From: Octopus sinensis | Lineage: Eukaryota | Assembly (NCBI RefSeq): GCF_006345805.1 | Contig: NC_043020.1 | Span: 3,410,001 to 3,474,000 of the forward strand | Length of the DNA: 64,000 bases | Direction: 5' to 3' | In this document: positions 50,881 to 64,000 of the stretch, one piece after another | How the letters are laid out: each line of letters opens with the position of its first letter | How positions within the stretch are numbered: the first letter of the stretch is position 1 | Notes under the pieces: model-generated | What the model was told of the DNA's origin: nothing | Database searches by the model: none | What the model saw: only the letters and a program-made list of their open reading frames with translations | Made by a program: the position numbers and the translations under genes

Positions 50881-51694
50881 TTTCTCTGACACAGGCATCC
50901 ATCAGTTTGGTGATGCAGTCAGTAAGACCGACTGGATGGTAAAAGATTGGTGATGTGCAGTTACCATTTTCGAACAGGGGAATGATGCTGGCAATTTTCC
51001 TCTGCTCTCTTTTGTGATGACCAACTTCTCAAGATTGGTTCTGTGACAATTTAATGACACAACCACAGGCACAAACCTATAATTATAGTTTGGTGTTTAA
51101 TATCTACAGATTTTATGCCGGTTCAGCGGAAATGTTTTCTTTCTGATTTCTCCTACTGTGCACACTTTCATTTCTGTGTCCTAAATTATGTCTGAGTATT
51201 CCTACATTTTACAAAAGCTTCGACAAAAGCATTCCTTCGGTACTCTTCCACATTAGCTAGATACTTACCCGAATCTTCAAGTATAACTTTTATATCTTGA
51301 TCTCTATATACAATAATTTCTGTAGATTGCATTGTAATATTCTGAATACGACACAAACTGGAATGTGTATATTTATATGGCAAATTGTATGTGTGTGAAT
51401 GAATGCGCGTCAGTTTGTCTCTGTTTATGTATGAAGGGAAATGAATGTCCCAGTGTAAATGCACCTTATGTCTTGTTGATTTGGTGACCCAGTTATCCGT
51501 CAAACCAACTCAACTCGCATGTGTTGTACACATGTTAGTAAAATTGATAAAGAACACGCATTAGACATGTTGTCTCTAACATACAATGTGTATATGCAAA
51601 CATGCAAGTACACACATACACATACACATGTATACATATATGTGCAAATGTGTGTGTGTATGCATATTCACATGCACACATACACAATGTATGC

Positions 51695-51732
<38 letters not shown>

Positions 51733-51735
51733 TAT

Positions 51736-51777
<42 letters not shown>

Positions 51778-52807
51778 TACGCACAAAGGTGTGTATGTGT
51801 ATACATATGTGTGTATTTTTATGTGTATATACAAGTATATCCATGCATATATATGCAAATATATCTTGATACACACAGACACGCATAACTTTTATCTTGT
51901 TTCAGTCATTAGACTGCAGCCATGCTGGAGCACTCCCTTGTAGTGTTTCCTTGAACAAATTGGCCCATTATTCTATTGGTCTTTTTTGCCAAGCTGCTAA
52001 GTTATGGGGAAGCAAACAAACCAAGACTAGCCACCATGTAGTCAAATACACCACACACACACACACACATGTTGGGCTTCCACATAGTTTCTTTCTACCA
52101 AATTCACTTGTGAGGCATTGGTCAGCCTGTGGCTATAGTAGAAGGCACTTGCCTAAGGTGTCATGCAATGGAACTGAACCCAACACCACATGGTTACAAA
52201 GTAACCTTCTTAACCACACAGCAACGTTTATCTGTGTCTACAGGCAATACACACGAACATGTGTGTGTGTGTGTCTGTGTGTGTGTTTGTGCATGTGTCT
52301 GCTTCTTGTCATCACCCTTTCGTTACCGAATTTATTTTGAGATGCTCTGTGTTTCTTTCAATTACTTTAAATATAACAAAGAATTTAGTAAAATGACTTA
52401 GTTATCATTAGCTAGTGATAGGAACATAAATTGTGACTAAGGTTTGGTGGAAGATTTTAATTCAAAACTTATGAAAACAAGACATTTGTATTACAAAGCC
52501 AGAGCCGGTTTCGGCCGGGTTGGTAACGAAAGGGTTATGTCCATTTTCCATGCTGGCATGGGTCAGACAGTTTGAGATGAGGTGGTAAGGTCGGGAGCAG
52601 TTACAGGTTCTATGGTCTGTTTTCACATGGCTTCTACAGCTGGATGCCCTTCCTAACACCAACCACTCCGTGAGTGTAAGTGGGTGCTTTTTATGTGCCA
52701 GGGGAGGCTGGCAAACGGCCACGATCGGATGGTGCTTTTTACGTGCCACCGGCACGGGGACCAGACGAAGCTGGCCACGGTCGGATTGTGCTTTTTACGT
52801 GCCACAA

Positions 52808-52855
<48 letters not shown>

Positions 52856-52857
52856 AG

Positions 52858-53232
52858 AAGTGGCTGTGTGGTAAGTAGCTGGCTTACCAACCACATGGTT
52901 TTAGGTTCATTCCACCTGCGTGGCACCTTGGGCAAGTGTCTTCTATATCCTCTGGCTGACCAAAGCCTTGTGAGTGGATTTGGTAGATGGAAACTGAAAG
53001 AAGCCCATCAAATATATGTATATATGTGTGTGTATCTGTGTTTGTTCCCCCAATATCACTTGACAACCGATGGTGGTGTGTTTACGTCCCTGTAACTTAG
53101 TGGTTTGGCAACAGAGAGCCAATAGAATAAATACTAGGCTTACAAAGATTAAGTCCTGGGGTCGATTTGCTCAACTAAAGGCGGTGCTCCAGCATGGCCA
53201 CAGTCAAATGACTGAAACAAGTAAAAGAGTAT
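52858..53232 (+). mobile_element. Full-length CORE-type SINE with internal TA/TG microsatellite; many partial copies (4520-4630, 16450-16650, 27625-27770, 34790-35130, 38880-39090, 46870-47090, 56830-57120)
   Basis: Head GTGGCTGTGTGGTAAG...GGTTCATTCC, CORE-like CCTTGGGCAAGTGTCTT, 3' part ending GACTGAAACAAGTAAAAG. Confidence 0.8.
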
Positions 53233-54539
53233 ACACACGCACTTTCATATAGTAGTGTGTGTGTGTGTGTGTGTGTGAGGATATCCCCCACCACTGCTTG
53301 GCAACCGGTATTGTTGAGTTTACGTCCCCGTAACTTAGCGGTTTGGCAAAAAGGATCTGATAGAATAAGTACCAAGCTTGAAATAAAAGTCCTGGGCTTG
53401 ATTTCTTTGACTAAAATTCTTCAAGGCAGTGCTCCAGTATGGCCATAGTCTGATGACTGAAACAAATAAAAGATGTAATTTGAAAAAGATTTGTTTACTA
53501 TTTCTCGCAGTCCAGGCGACCACCACTCCTCTCCCTGCAATCCCAGGGTTTACGTGAAATGGGAAAACAATTTTCTGTTTAACTCTTGAGTAACCTCCAA
53601 ATGACTAACTACATCAAGGAGTGTCACTAATTCTGGTAATTTCTCTAAAATGGTTTAATGGTATGTTTTTTTTTTCCATAATAATGATATTCGGTTGTTT
53701 GTTTCATTATGTGTTTTTTTTCTCTTTTTATCTTGTTTTCTTTTTTATCTTTGTTGTTGCCATTGTTGTTAGATAACAAATAACTCACTCTCACCCAGAA
53801 AGAGTGATTAACATTTTTCGTGGTGACAAATAGAGTTCAAATATTTGTTAGTGTAGTAACCGTGGTATTGGTGGTGGTGGTGGTGGTGGTGGTGACGACT
53901 TTAGTAATGGGTGGAGGAAGAGGGGAAGAACACACACACACACACCACACACACACACACACGCATAATGATTGGGGTGGACACATTGAGAGAGTACATT
54001 TGTGTGGTTTGATTGGGTGTTGAGAAAAACAAAATTTAAAAGAAAAACTCTGTGGGAAACGATTCCTTTGTTATTTGATGGAATAAACAATAAAAAGACT
54101 TTTGGTACATCAAACTTATCTAAATGTGTGGAGTTTGTAATTATTTCTAGAGTCATGGTTTGTAAAGTGGATCAGAAGTGAATGGAGTTTATAACTCCTC
54201 TTTTACTTTCTTTATTTTCATTATGCATGCAGACACACGCTCCACACACACACACTTCTTCATTAGTAGTACTTGTACTAATACTGCATTTATTTTGAAA
54301 ACTGTAAGATGGTGATAAAGTTATAAAGGATTATAAGGTATTTGATTTCTGTTGAAATTATGTGTGTGTGTGTGTGTGTGTGTCTGTGTGTGTGTTACTT
54401 TGAGCATTTTTCTGAAGCCAAAACAATGCAATTGTTTAATACTATTATCTGAGGTTTCAATATTTCAGGGTTAGGACTCCTTTAGGGAATCTATGAAGAA
54501 AAGGTGTTGATAGACATCAACGACCAACACTTTTGTCTC

Positions 54540-55160
54540 TAAATATTGCAGATTACTAGCAATCCCAAAGAATGTGCAGAAATCATTGCTGGATGCTATG
54601 CAGGCATCTTTACTGTCAAAGATCAAAATGTTCCATCTCCATCACCTCTGACACCGGACTCTATAACTACTATGAAATTTACACCAGCAATGCTACAACG
54701 CCACCTTAAGAATAAACGTAGCTATGCCTCTCCTGGTCTTGATGGTGTTACATACCTACTTCTCAAACGCAGTGGGTACTTTCTTCTAAGCCAACTTTCT
54801 CTATTCTTCCAATTCTGTCTTGACAATGGTGTTACTCCAGAACAGTGGAAAACTGCCAGTGTTATCCCTCTGTTCAAAAAAGGTGACCGCACATTGCCTG
54901 TCAACTATCATCCCGTTAGTCTTACTAGCTGCATCGCCAAACTGATGGAATCCTGTGTCAGAGAAACCCTCTGGAACTTCTGGAAGTCTCACAGCCTCAT
55001 CCAGCCGTCACAATTCGGATTTATTCCTAACTCCAGCTGCTGTAATCAACTCATTGAGTTTCTTGAGGACATTACCTGAATCACTGATCGCGGATCCTGG
55101 GTGGATGTTGTTTACCTGGACTTTGCTGTGGCTTTTAATTCTGTGCCACACAAAAGATGA
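54540..55160 (+). mobile_element. CR1/L2-group LINE reverse transcriptase fragment; related minus-strand piece at 50880-50995
   Basis: SPGLDG...WKTASVIPLFKKGDR..PVNYHPVSLTSCIAKLMES...QFGF...stop...VDVVYLDFAVAFNSVPH. Confidence 0.88.
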
Positions 55161-58100
55161 TCACACGCTACACACCTTCCTTCCAAGCACTGCTGTAAAA
55201 AGCAGAAGTGAGCTAGAACGTTAAAACTTAGTGTGCATGTACAGCAGAGGTCAGTCTGGGTCAAGTGGCTTCACTCTGCATGCTTTAGCTTCATTACTTT
55301 GGCAACAGTCCGGATACTTATTGATCAGATCTCATTATTTCCATTCCTCCTATTGTCATTACAAATATGTTCCTTTCACTAAGCACCCCCCTCTCTCTCT
55401 CTCATTGCCTCTCTCTTTAACATTCTCTTTCTCCTACCTCTCACTACCACCACACTCCTTATTGCTCTTCTCTTTTGGTCTCTTTCTTCAACAAACCATT
55501 TAATCTCATCACATTACAGCATTCCCTTTCATTTACCTCTTACTGCTACCACATTCCCCTCTGTTAAATACTCTTCTTTCTCTCTTTGGCCCTCCCTTCA
55601 TCTAAAACCCCTTCACCTCAATATTCATAAGGGTCACTAAGCATGTTGATATTACCGCTAATATTCTGTCACCAAAATCCTTCCCCTGCCGTCTGTTTGG
55701 GGTGTAATATCAAGGCTCACACTTGTACTTCATCCAGGCTTTATATACAATACTTTGTGTATTCATACCTGATTTTCCTCTGTTACTTCTTCAAACATTG
55801 GCTTTTTACTTGGCAAAGCCAGGGAATGAAGGACAGTGGCCATAATTCAGGGCTTCACTGGTCAGAAGAAAGGAGGAAATTCCTTATGTCAGAGACCTGG
55901 TTCAAATGATTGCAACAAAGTGAACTCTGTTAAAGGCGCCCAAAGGCCGGATGGACCTTTCATCCTTTTAGTATTCAAATTATTCCATCAAATGTTCTGA
56001 TTATTTATTCACATTGTTCTGTATTAATCATGTGTTATCTTGTAGTTTTGGGATTTTAATGATGTGATTGTTTATTTTTAGAATGACTTCTTAGGATTGA
56101 TAAGAAAAGCCAAATCTGGCAAGTTTGAACATAAGATAGGGAGAATATTTGGGCCAAATATGGCTGGTTTAAATATGGCTGAAACAAGACAGAATTACAA
56201 GGAATTGCATGGGTCTAGTATAGCTGACCATTGTTAATTCTGTGTTGACTTCATTCATTGTCTCAACTGACTTGCTCAAGAAATTGAAATTCTTGGAGAT
56301 TTAATGAAAAAACAAAAACAAAAAAAAACCAACTTAATTACTAAAAAATAGTGGTTTGCTGTTAATTCATTACAAATGAAGTCATTGCTGAACCAACTCA
56401 TCGTCAAACCATTTTATTACTGAGTAACTGAATTAACAAATTACAAATCAGTTAATTACCAATTTGTACTAATTGCCAACTTAAACCCAGCAAGTTTAGT
56501 TCTTATTAAGCTCCAGTGCTGTCAACTTCAGCATGTATCATTAATTAACTCCTAGCTGATTAAGCTTTCACTATTGAAGCCCTTCACAAAGAAGAGTGTT
56601 GTGAGGCAAAGAGAAGGTTTAACATAATGGTTGTTTATTTTCAATAAATTTAGCAAAGCTAACACTGACTTAATGTTTTGGCACTGCAAACAACAAATTG
56701 ACTGATGTAAAGCCAAAACTAACAAATGATTTAGTGACATGTATTCATAAATCACCACATAGACACACTGCACTTTATTAAGAGTGAAAGGTTTGATTTC
56801 AACAACTATTTAATATCTTTGTGGTATTTCCTGTAAATTAAAATAGGTTGTTTCTTTTTCTGTTTTTATAATATATTTCAGCAAAGAAGCTCACTTCCCA
56901 ACCACATGGTTCTGGGTTCAATCCTACTGTGTGGCACCTTGGACAAGTGTCCCAAGGCTTTGTGAGTGAATTTGGTAGATGGAAACTAAAAGAAGCCCAC
57001 ACATGCAGGCATAGCTGTGTGGTAAGACTTTTGTTTCCCAACCACATGGTCCCAGGTTCAGTCCCACTGCATGACACCTTGGGCAAGTGTCTTCTCCCAT
57101 AGCCTCAGGCCAACCAAAGCCTTCATCATCATCATCATCATCATCGTTTAACGTCTGTTTTCTGTGCTAGCACAGATTGGACGGTTCAACTGGGGTCTGG
57201 GGAGCCAGGAGGCTGCACCAGGTTCCAGTCTGATCTGGCAGTGTTTCCTAACGCCAACCACTCCGTGAGTGTAGTGGGTGATTTTTACGTGCCACTGGCA
57301 CAGGTGCCAGGGGAGGCTGTCAACGTCCATGGTCGGTTGGTGTTTTTTACGTGCCACCGGCACAGAAGCCAGTCAAGGCGGTGCTGGCATCGGCCACGTA
57401 CGGATGGTGCTTTTTAGGTGCCAGGGTAAGCGGACAACTGCTACAATCAGTTGGTGCTTTTTATGTGCCACCGACATGGAAGCCAGTTAAGGCAGTGCTG
57501 GCATTGGCTACGTACAGATGGTGCTTTTTACATGCCAATGGCACAGGTGTACATTAAATAATGTAGACTTGGTGGCTATGGCTGGAATGTCTTTGACTAT
57601 GGGCCTGTCCAATCATGTTGGACCTTTAGGGCTAAACAACATGTCACTGGGCAGAGAAGAAAATTTTTATTGTCACTCTGTACCACATAATAATTAACCA
57701 TGTTGTCGTTTGGCATTATATAATAATTAACCATAGAATTGACAGAGTTGTTAGAATACCCAGGTAGAATGTCTTATGGTATTTGCTCCAGTTTGCTGCA
57801 TTCTGGGCTGAAATCTCATCAGTTAACTTTGACTGCCATCTTTTTGGGGATTGATAAAATACCAGAACTTTCTAGGAGTTTCTTCCTCCTTTTCACACTT
57901 TCTCTCTGCAAGAAATCATCTGGGTTCAGTCCTGGAAAAGGATGGTTTAATATTCTCAAGATGCATCATATGTCATGACTGACATCTTATCTACAACTTC
58001 ATTAGGAACTAAGGGCCCAAGGAAGGGGAGAAGTACATGCAGTCTGGGCCTTCACCTAGGTGGAGATAGAGCACAGAAGCAGCTAGAGATATATGAATTG

Positions 58101-58745
58101 TCATTAGTTATTTGGTTGATTGTACCTTATACCTACTTCATCTCCAGCTACATGACAATAATGCCACCAAATTCCAGTTAATTATATTACTCTATACTAC
58201 CAAACATACTTACGTATACAACCCAATACTACTAGTAAACAGCACGTGGACTAATGACTTCTCAACCCATTTCCCATTGGTTCGGTCAACCATGATCACA
58301 TTTTTATAGCAACCAACTATATTAATTGTTGACTGGTTGCTATAGAAAACCTTATTTGCACCAGTGAAATACTATAACCATTAAAACAAGATTTGATGGA
58401 CACGGATATAAGATAAAATTCCATTGACCCACATACACAGTCACTCATTCTTGCACACACACACACACCAACATACACAGTCACTCATTCTTGCGTGTGC
58501 ACACACACACACCAACATATGCACACACACACACCAACATACACACACAGTCACTCATTCTGACACGTACACCCTACCCTTCCATACTGCTTTGTTGTTG
58601 AATAGCCAGCATTCTGCTGGTCCTTATATCTCTTACATAGTAATAAATTATTTAATTCCTTTTGTATAATTTTCTATAGAAAATTATGCAATGTGCTGAA
58701 TATAGAAATAAGTTGAAGTTGACATACATAATATATGTGAGCATG

Positions 58746-58782
<37 letters not shown>

Positions 58783-59069
58783 TCATTATTAGGAACGGCT
58801 GCAATATTGGTTCTGAACAGCATTTTGTATAGCTTACTTAATGTGGATATACTTTTGAAGACCACAAAAATACAGTCACCATTTTGAGGAAGCCTCTCTC
58901 GTTGGCATTAAGTTTTCAAAAGCACTGAGGTGTATCACGAGCAGATAAAAAGCATCTGGTAGCAATGGTGGAATTGCTAAATCATGATTTGTGTGTCTTT
59001 GCACATTATTCGTAGCAAATATCTACTATCAACTGCATGCTTTGCCAAGTGTCACTTCTATTGATATAA

Positions 59070-59392
59070 TCATCATCATTGTTCGACTGTGGTCGAGACA
59101 ATGTTAAGCCAGACTTCACGGTCCATCATGGCATTATGGAGGTCCTGTTGCTGGATGCCTGTATCCCTGAAGATTAGATCAGGGTAGGAGAGTGTGCGCC
59201 CTCTGGTATCGCGAGCAGATGGCTTCCAGAGGAGAAGAGTAGAAATTACCTCGTTTTCAGCTCTACAACAATGTCCAGCAAAGTGGACTCTTTTACCTTT
59301 CACAAGAGATGATACAGGTAGTATAAAACAAAGAGTGATTAACATGTCTAAGCATGCTGTTGATCGTGTGCTGGAACGAAAACAATTGCAGC
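59070..59392 (-). mobile_element. RTE-like LINE 3' end; shorter copies at 35130-35345 (+) and 45472-45650 (+)
   Basis: RVHFAGHC.RAENEVISTLLLWKP...GRTLSYPD...DTG...LHNAMMDREVW followed by a (GAT)n tail. Confidence 0.75.
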
Positions 59393-59654
59393 GTGGAAGG
59401 TGTTTATAAGCCATTTAAGAAACACACAAAAACTGTTAGATTCACTTCAACCTTTAAATTTAATTTGTCAAAATATTTTCGTCGCTTTGAGACCGCGACC
59501 TGTTCACTGATAAAATTTCGTGCTGCACGAAATTTTGTCAGTGAACAGGTCGCGGTCTCAAAGCGACGAAAATATTTTGACAAATTAAATTAAAGGTTGA
59601 AGTGAATCTAACAGTTTTTGTGTGTTTCTTAAATGGCTTATAAACACCTTCCAC
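59393..59654. repeat. Near-perfect palindrome, ~130-bp arms, 3-nt loop
   Basis: 59393-59522 versus 59526-59654 differ by one indel and one substitution. Confidence 0.95.
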
Positions 59655-59835
59655 TAAATATATATATATAATGAGGGTAGAAATTGATATTAATCAATTA
59701 AAACCAGTAGATTAGCATATTTTAAAAATCCAAACATTAAAAATTATAATACATACAAAATTAAGAGGAATGATTATCAAAGTGGTCATATTAGGAGTCC
59801 ACTTTGCTGGTCATTCCTCTTAATTTCGTATGTAA

Positions 59836-59875
<40 letters not shown>

Positions 59876-59945
59876 ATGTACGCTAACTTTTATACATTAA
59901 GGTACCTACCTCTGAAGTTGGAATTAAACATGTTGAATATTCTAA

Positions 59946-60113
<168 letters not shown>

Positions 60114-60361
60114 TGATTGTTTTTTTTGAGAATGATTATTCGGTGATGGAGTAGTCACTGCTGACGAGCCTTCAATTTTACAGGCAAAACTAGTCTAGTC
60201 CAGGGATCTAGCTTCACTTATGAGGTGGTTATCTCCCCTGTCAGTATATGAAAATGTGCTTTTTTCCAGTTCTAAGGGTTTTAACTCTTATTTATAGCAA
60301 TGTATGTGCTGCTCAGCACCCTCAGTCACAATTAGTGTTGATTGAACATTTCCATTTTGGT

Positions 60362-60398
<37 letters not shown>

Positions 60399-60922
60399 AC
60401 AGCACAGCAATACTCAACAACTCATAATGTTGTGCATTGCTGTCTGGGAGATATCTTATGGTAGTAGAATAGTATTTTAACTGCTATTTCTAAATTTTGG
60501 TATGTGGTGAAGCAAATTTTGCTGAACCCTAATTATAATTATGCTCATAATTATAGAATTTTTATATAAGTTTACCAATAATGGTTCTTTTAACATACCA
60601 AACTACTTGGTAAAATTATTAATTATTAATTGATTAATTAATTTTACCCTTTATTATATATATATATATATATATTTGTGTATTAAGTCTAAAATTGGTT
60701 TCATGTCAACGAATACCTTAAACAGTTATCAAGTTTATCATATGGAACATCAGCATTCATCTCCATTTTGTTTTTACCCAAAATGGAGATGAACACCAAT
60801 GTTCCCTGTGATCGGTTTGATAATTGTAAAGATATCCGTTAGCATGGAACCAATGGTAGCCTTCATACACAGATAAAGAATCTTTATCTACCAATGCAGT
60901 ATTGAGCACTCATTCTCATTGT

Positions 60923-60959
<37 letters not shown>

Positions 60960-62700
60960 ATTATCATCATCTGCAGCCAGTAGTCGTAACTATGATTATT
61001 CGTGGCTTGAGATTCATAGACTGTCCAGGTTTCAGTGCCATACAGCAAGGAAGAAAGCACCACAGCTTAGTATACTTTATATGTATATATATACATATAT
61101 ATACTAATAAGATGAGAAAAGAGAGAGGTGATTAATAAATTATTTATTAATTAAAAATTTTACAAGCATCTCTTACAGCTGTTTCAATTCCAAACCTTCA
61201 GAAAATTAATTTAATTAATTTTCTAAAGGTCTGGAATTGAAACAGCAGTAAGGGATGTTTGTCAATTTTTTAATTAATAACTAATAATTTATTAATTGCC
61301 TCTTTATTTTCTCAATTATTATTATAAGAAATAAATATATATAAACCACCGTTTCTATAGTTACCTTGCAGTTGAGTATTAAATGTGATGTTCAATATTC
61401 TTTGTATAGGTAACTAACCAGTACTTTCATACGATCTTGCTATCCCTGAATGAGGTTTATAGCCTTTAATTGTGCTTCTGTATACATATATATATACATT
61501 ATTTCCATAGGACAGATATGTGTCCTCATTTTGTTTGTTGTTACCACAATGTTTTGGCTGATATACACTCCAGCCTTCAACAGCTGTCCTGGTGGCATTT
61601 TGAATCCAACCCTGGGATTCTTAAATGGCTAACATGACTTTTGAAGTCAAAGCCCTTTTTAAAAATTATTCAGATGTCCTCATTTCTTTACAAGAGGCAA
61701 TAAATGAGTTTGGCACCAACATTGCTTCCAGGGCTAATGGTATTCTTTCATGTCTCTCTATGGTCCAATACTAACATGCTCCTTCAAGAATTTTGAATCC
61801 AACCCTGGGTTCTCATTCCTAAGGTATTTTTTTGCTGGTATCATCATCATTATTATTATTATTATTTATTCAAGGCACTCTTAACCACTACGCTGTATGC
61901 CCGTGGGCAATTATAGAGTGACTTTTAGAGCTTATAAACCTAGTATTTTCTCTTTTCTTAATACTGGTTCCCATATTCTACTCCCATATTCTGCCCTGGG
62001 TCTGCTAAGGGGGTCATTGTGTCCTGGCATATGTGCTCCCCTCTTTTACTTATTTATTTACATTGTTTTGAATTAATCATGCATTGTCTTTTAGCTTTGA
62101 GATTCTAACGATGTAATTGTATAATTTTACAATAACATTAAAGATTATGTGGGAAAGGCTGGACCTGCTTCATTTCAATGGAAAACAGGTAGAATATTTG
62201 AGCCAGGTATCAAGTATTATACTTATTTATTCTCAACATTTTGAATTCATTGTGTATTATCTTGTAGCTTCAAGAGTTCAAATCATGCGATTATTTACTT
62301 TTAGAATGACATTGTGAGTGGTCAAGATTTTGCTGGTTTGAACTTAAAACAGGTAAAATATTTGAGCCAGGTGTGGCCAATTTAAATGCTGAAGGGTTAA
62401 ATCCCATTTTACTGCCTTCAAAAAGGATATAGATAATATAAGAAAAAAAGGTAGGATGGGCATGGATGGCTGGATCATAGGTCTACTTGACAAAGGCTGA
62501 TTTCTTCTTAAATAACACAGCTACAGTCAACATTACTGCTGTCACCAACTCCACCATGACCATCACCCCACTACACACACATACCCACTGTAATTATGTT
62601 CATAAGCAATAAACTTCAGTGTTTGCAGTGATTAAAAAAAAACCCAAATTCTGTCCCCTGTCCCCTTATAAATGTAAATTTTTATTGCTGTTGTTTGCAG

Positions 62701-62782
62701 GAACAAGTACGTCGATGGAAATATAATGAAGAAAGATTTGAGAAAGAATTCAAGAAACGACCAAAGAAACCACCAAAACCAG
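62701..62782 (+). CDS. SH2D4B: SH2D4-like second coding exon; gene continues beyond the window
   Basis: TTTGCAG acceptor ending 62700, GTAAGA donor. Encodes EQVRRWKYNEERFEKEFKKRPKKPPKP, continuing the KMRE-EQ.RRWK motif. Confidence 0.88.
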
Positions 62783-64000
62783 GTAAGACAATCTCCTGGA
62801 ATTGTTGTTGTTGTCACTGTTCATGTTGTCTGATATTTGGGGCATTTTAATCAGCCCTTTGGTTTAACCCCTGCCAACATCAGCCTGGTTTCAGCCTCTA
62901 GACACTTACTCTTTGTTGATTCATGATTATACCTCAACTGATTTATACATCCACAAATACAGATTCATACACACATGCTTGTACACACACACACACACAC
63001 ACGTACATATATATTACACACACACACACACGTACATATATGTTACACATACACACACATACACATGTCAAAGTGCATGCACATGTGTGCATGTATGGAC
63101 CTCTGTATCCACCTCCATGAATATAGATGTACACCCACACACGTGGCCCCACACCCATTTCCAGGGCCTTGTCCTAGACTTGTCATAGGCAAGGTAGTAG
63201 TTATTCTCTCAAAAGGAAGTACAACATAAGTTAATTAACCAAGTAATTATAATAATATAAGAAAAGGAGAGAAAAAAGAAAAAGCTATTTTTCTTTCAAG
63301 GTACGGTCAGTGAAAGCATAACAGCACTGGTGACCCTGTTAAGGATCTCTGAGGCCCATTGAAGGAAGGTGGAGTAACCTGGCTCAAATCCTTGCAACAG
63401 AGTGGACTCCTTCAAAGGTACCTAAGTACCAAATGATGGTACCTAAGTACCAAATGCCACCTAGTGTTAATTAAACTAGGTGGCAGTCTATCACCTGTAC
63501 AGGTATATGGAAAGCTACTCGAACATTAGGGGACAAACTGCTGGGGGTTACACCCTAGATATGCTGAACCCCAGTTGGCTCTAGAGGCTGCCATATTGTA
63601 AATTCTTCCATTTTTCTTACTTTCTCACCTGATCCTCCTTACATACAGTCTGCTTCCCATAAGTTTGGGTCTTGGTATAGGTCGAGAGGGACCACCTCGC
63701 ATCCAAGGCCATTTTGTTTCTTTACAAATCCACAATTTGTTCTGAAACAAGTAAAAGAATAAAAGAATATGTGTAGCTATACAAGAGCCAGAGCTAAAGG
63801 ACGGAGTAATATACTGAACACAAGTTATCTCCCTTGAACTATTGTATTAGAATATTGAGTAAAATTTCGTGAAGCATTGTTTGATACGAAAGAGATTTAT
63901 TGTCTGAGGCTGGAATAATGTGAGACGATAGTTTGTTTTGTACCTTCTTGTTCTGTTCTGCTCTTACACTGCAAATCCCTTTAATGTGTGTATATATCAT

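Noticed and set aside
50263-50953. Long ORFs of 111-208 aa rich in Y/I/C/M/H
   Set aside because: Translations of TA/TG microsatellite, which lacks stops. The same applies to ORFs at 27334-27756, 29288-29701, 32458-32846, 35267-35788, 51519-51943 and 62913-63229.

Overview
AT-rich, microsatellite- and SINE-dense animal genomic DNA. The repeat families and gene architecture suggest a coleoid cephalopod, probably Octopus (inference, not a database result). Four intron-containing genes were reconstructed by hand from splice sites and recalled protein similarity: (1) the last three coding exons of UBFD1 (+, 1294-5412); (2) an uncharacterised membrane-anchored cupin/JmjC-fold protein with an intact HxD...H triad (+, ~12448-20419); (3) a complete 6-exon, 164-aa ZNHIT1/Vps71 gene (-, 28301-21776), one of whose introns is a U12-type AT-AC intron; (4) the first two coding exons of an SH2D4A/B-like gene (+, 59988-62782, continuing out of the window). 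The remainder is decayed RTE, CR1, Tx1-like and R4/Dong LINE pieces, Tc1/mariner relics, MITEs, a small Helitron, tRNA-head SINEs, Penelope-like (PLE) relics and long near-perfect palindromes. The most unusual signal is a set of PLE-type minimal hammerhead ribozyme motifs from several distinct families. It includes a tandem pair 324 nt apart inside the U12 intron, whose copies carry complementary core mutations that a strand-swapped dimer would rescue. All ribozyme activity claims are untested predictions.
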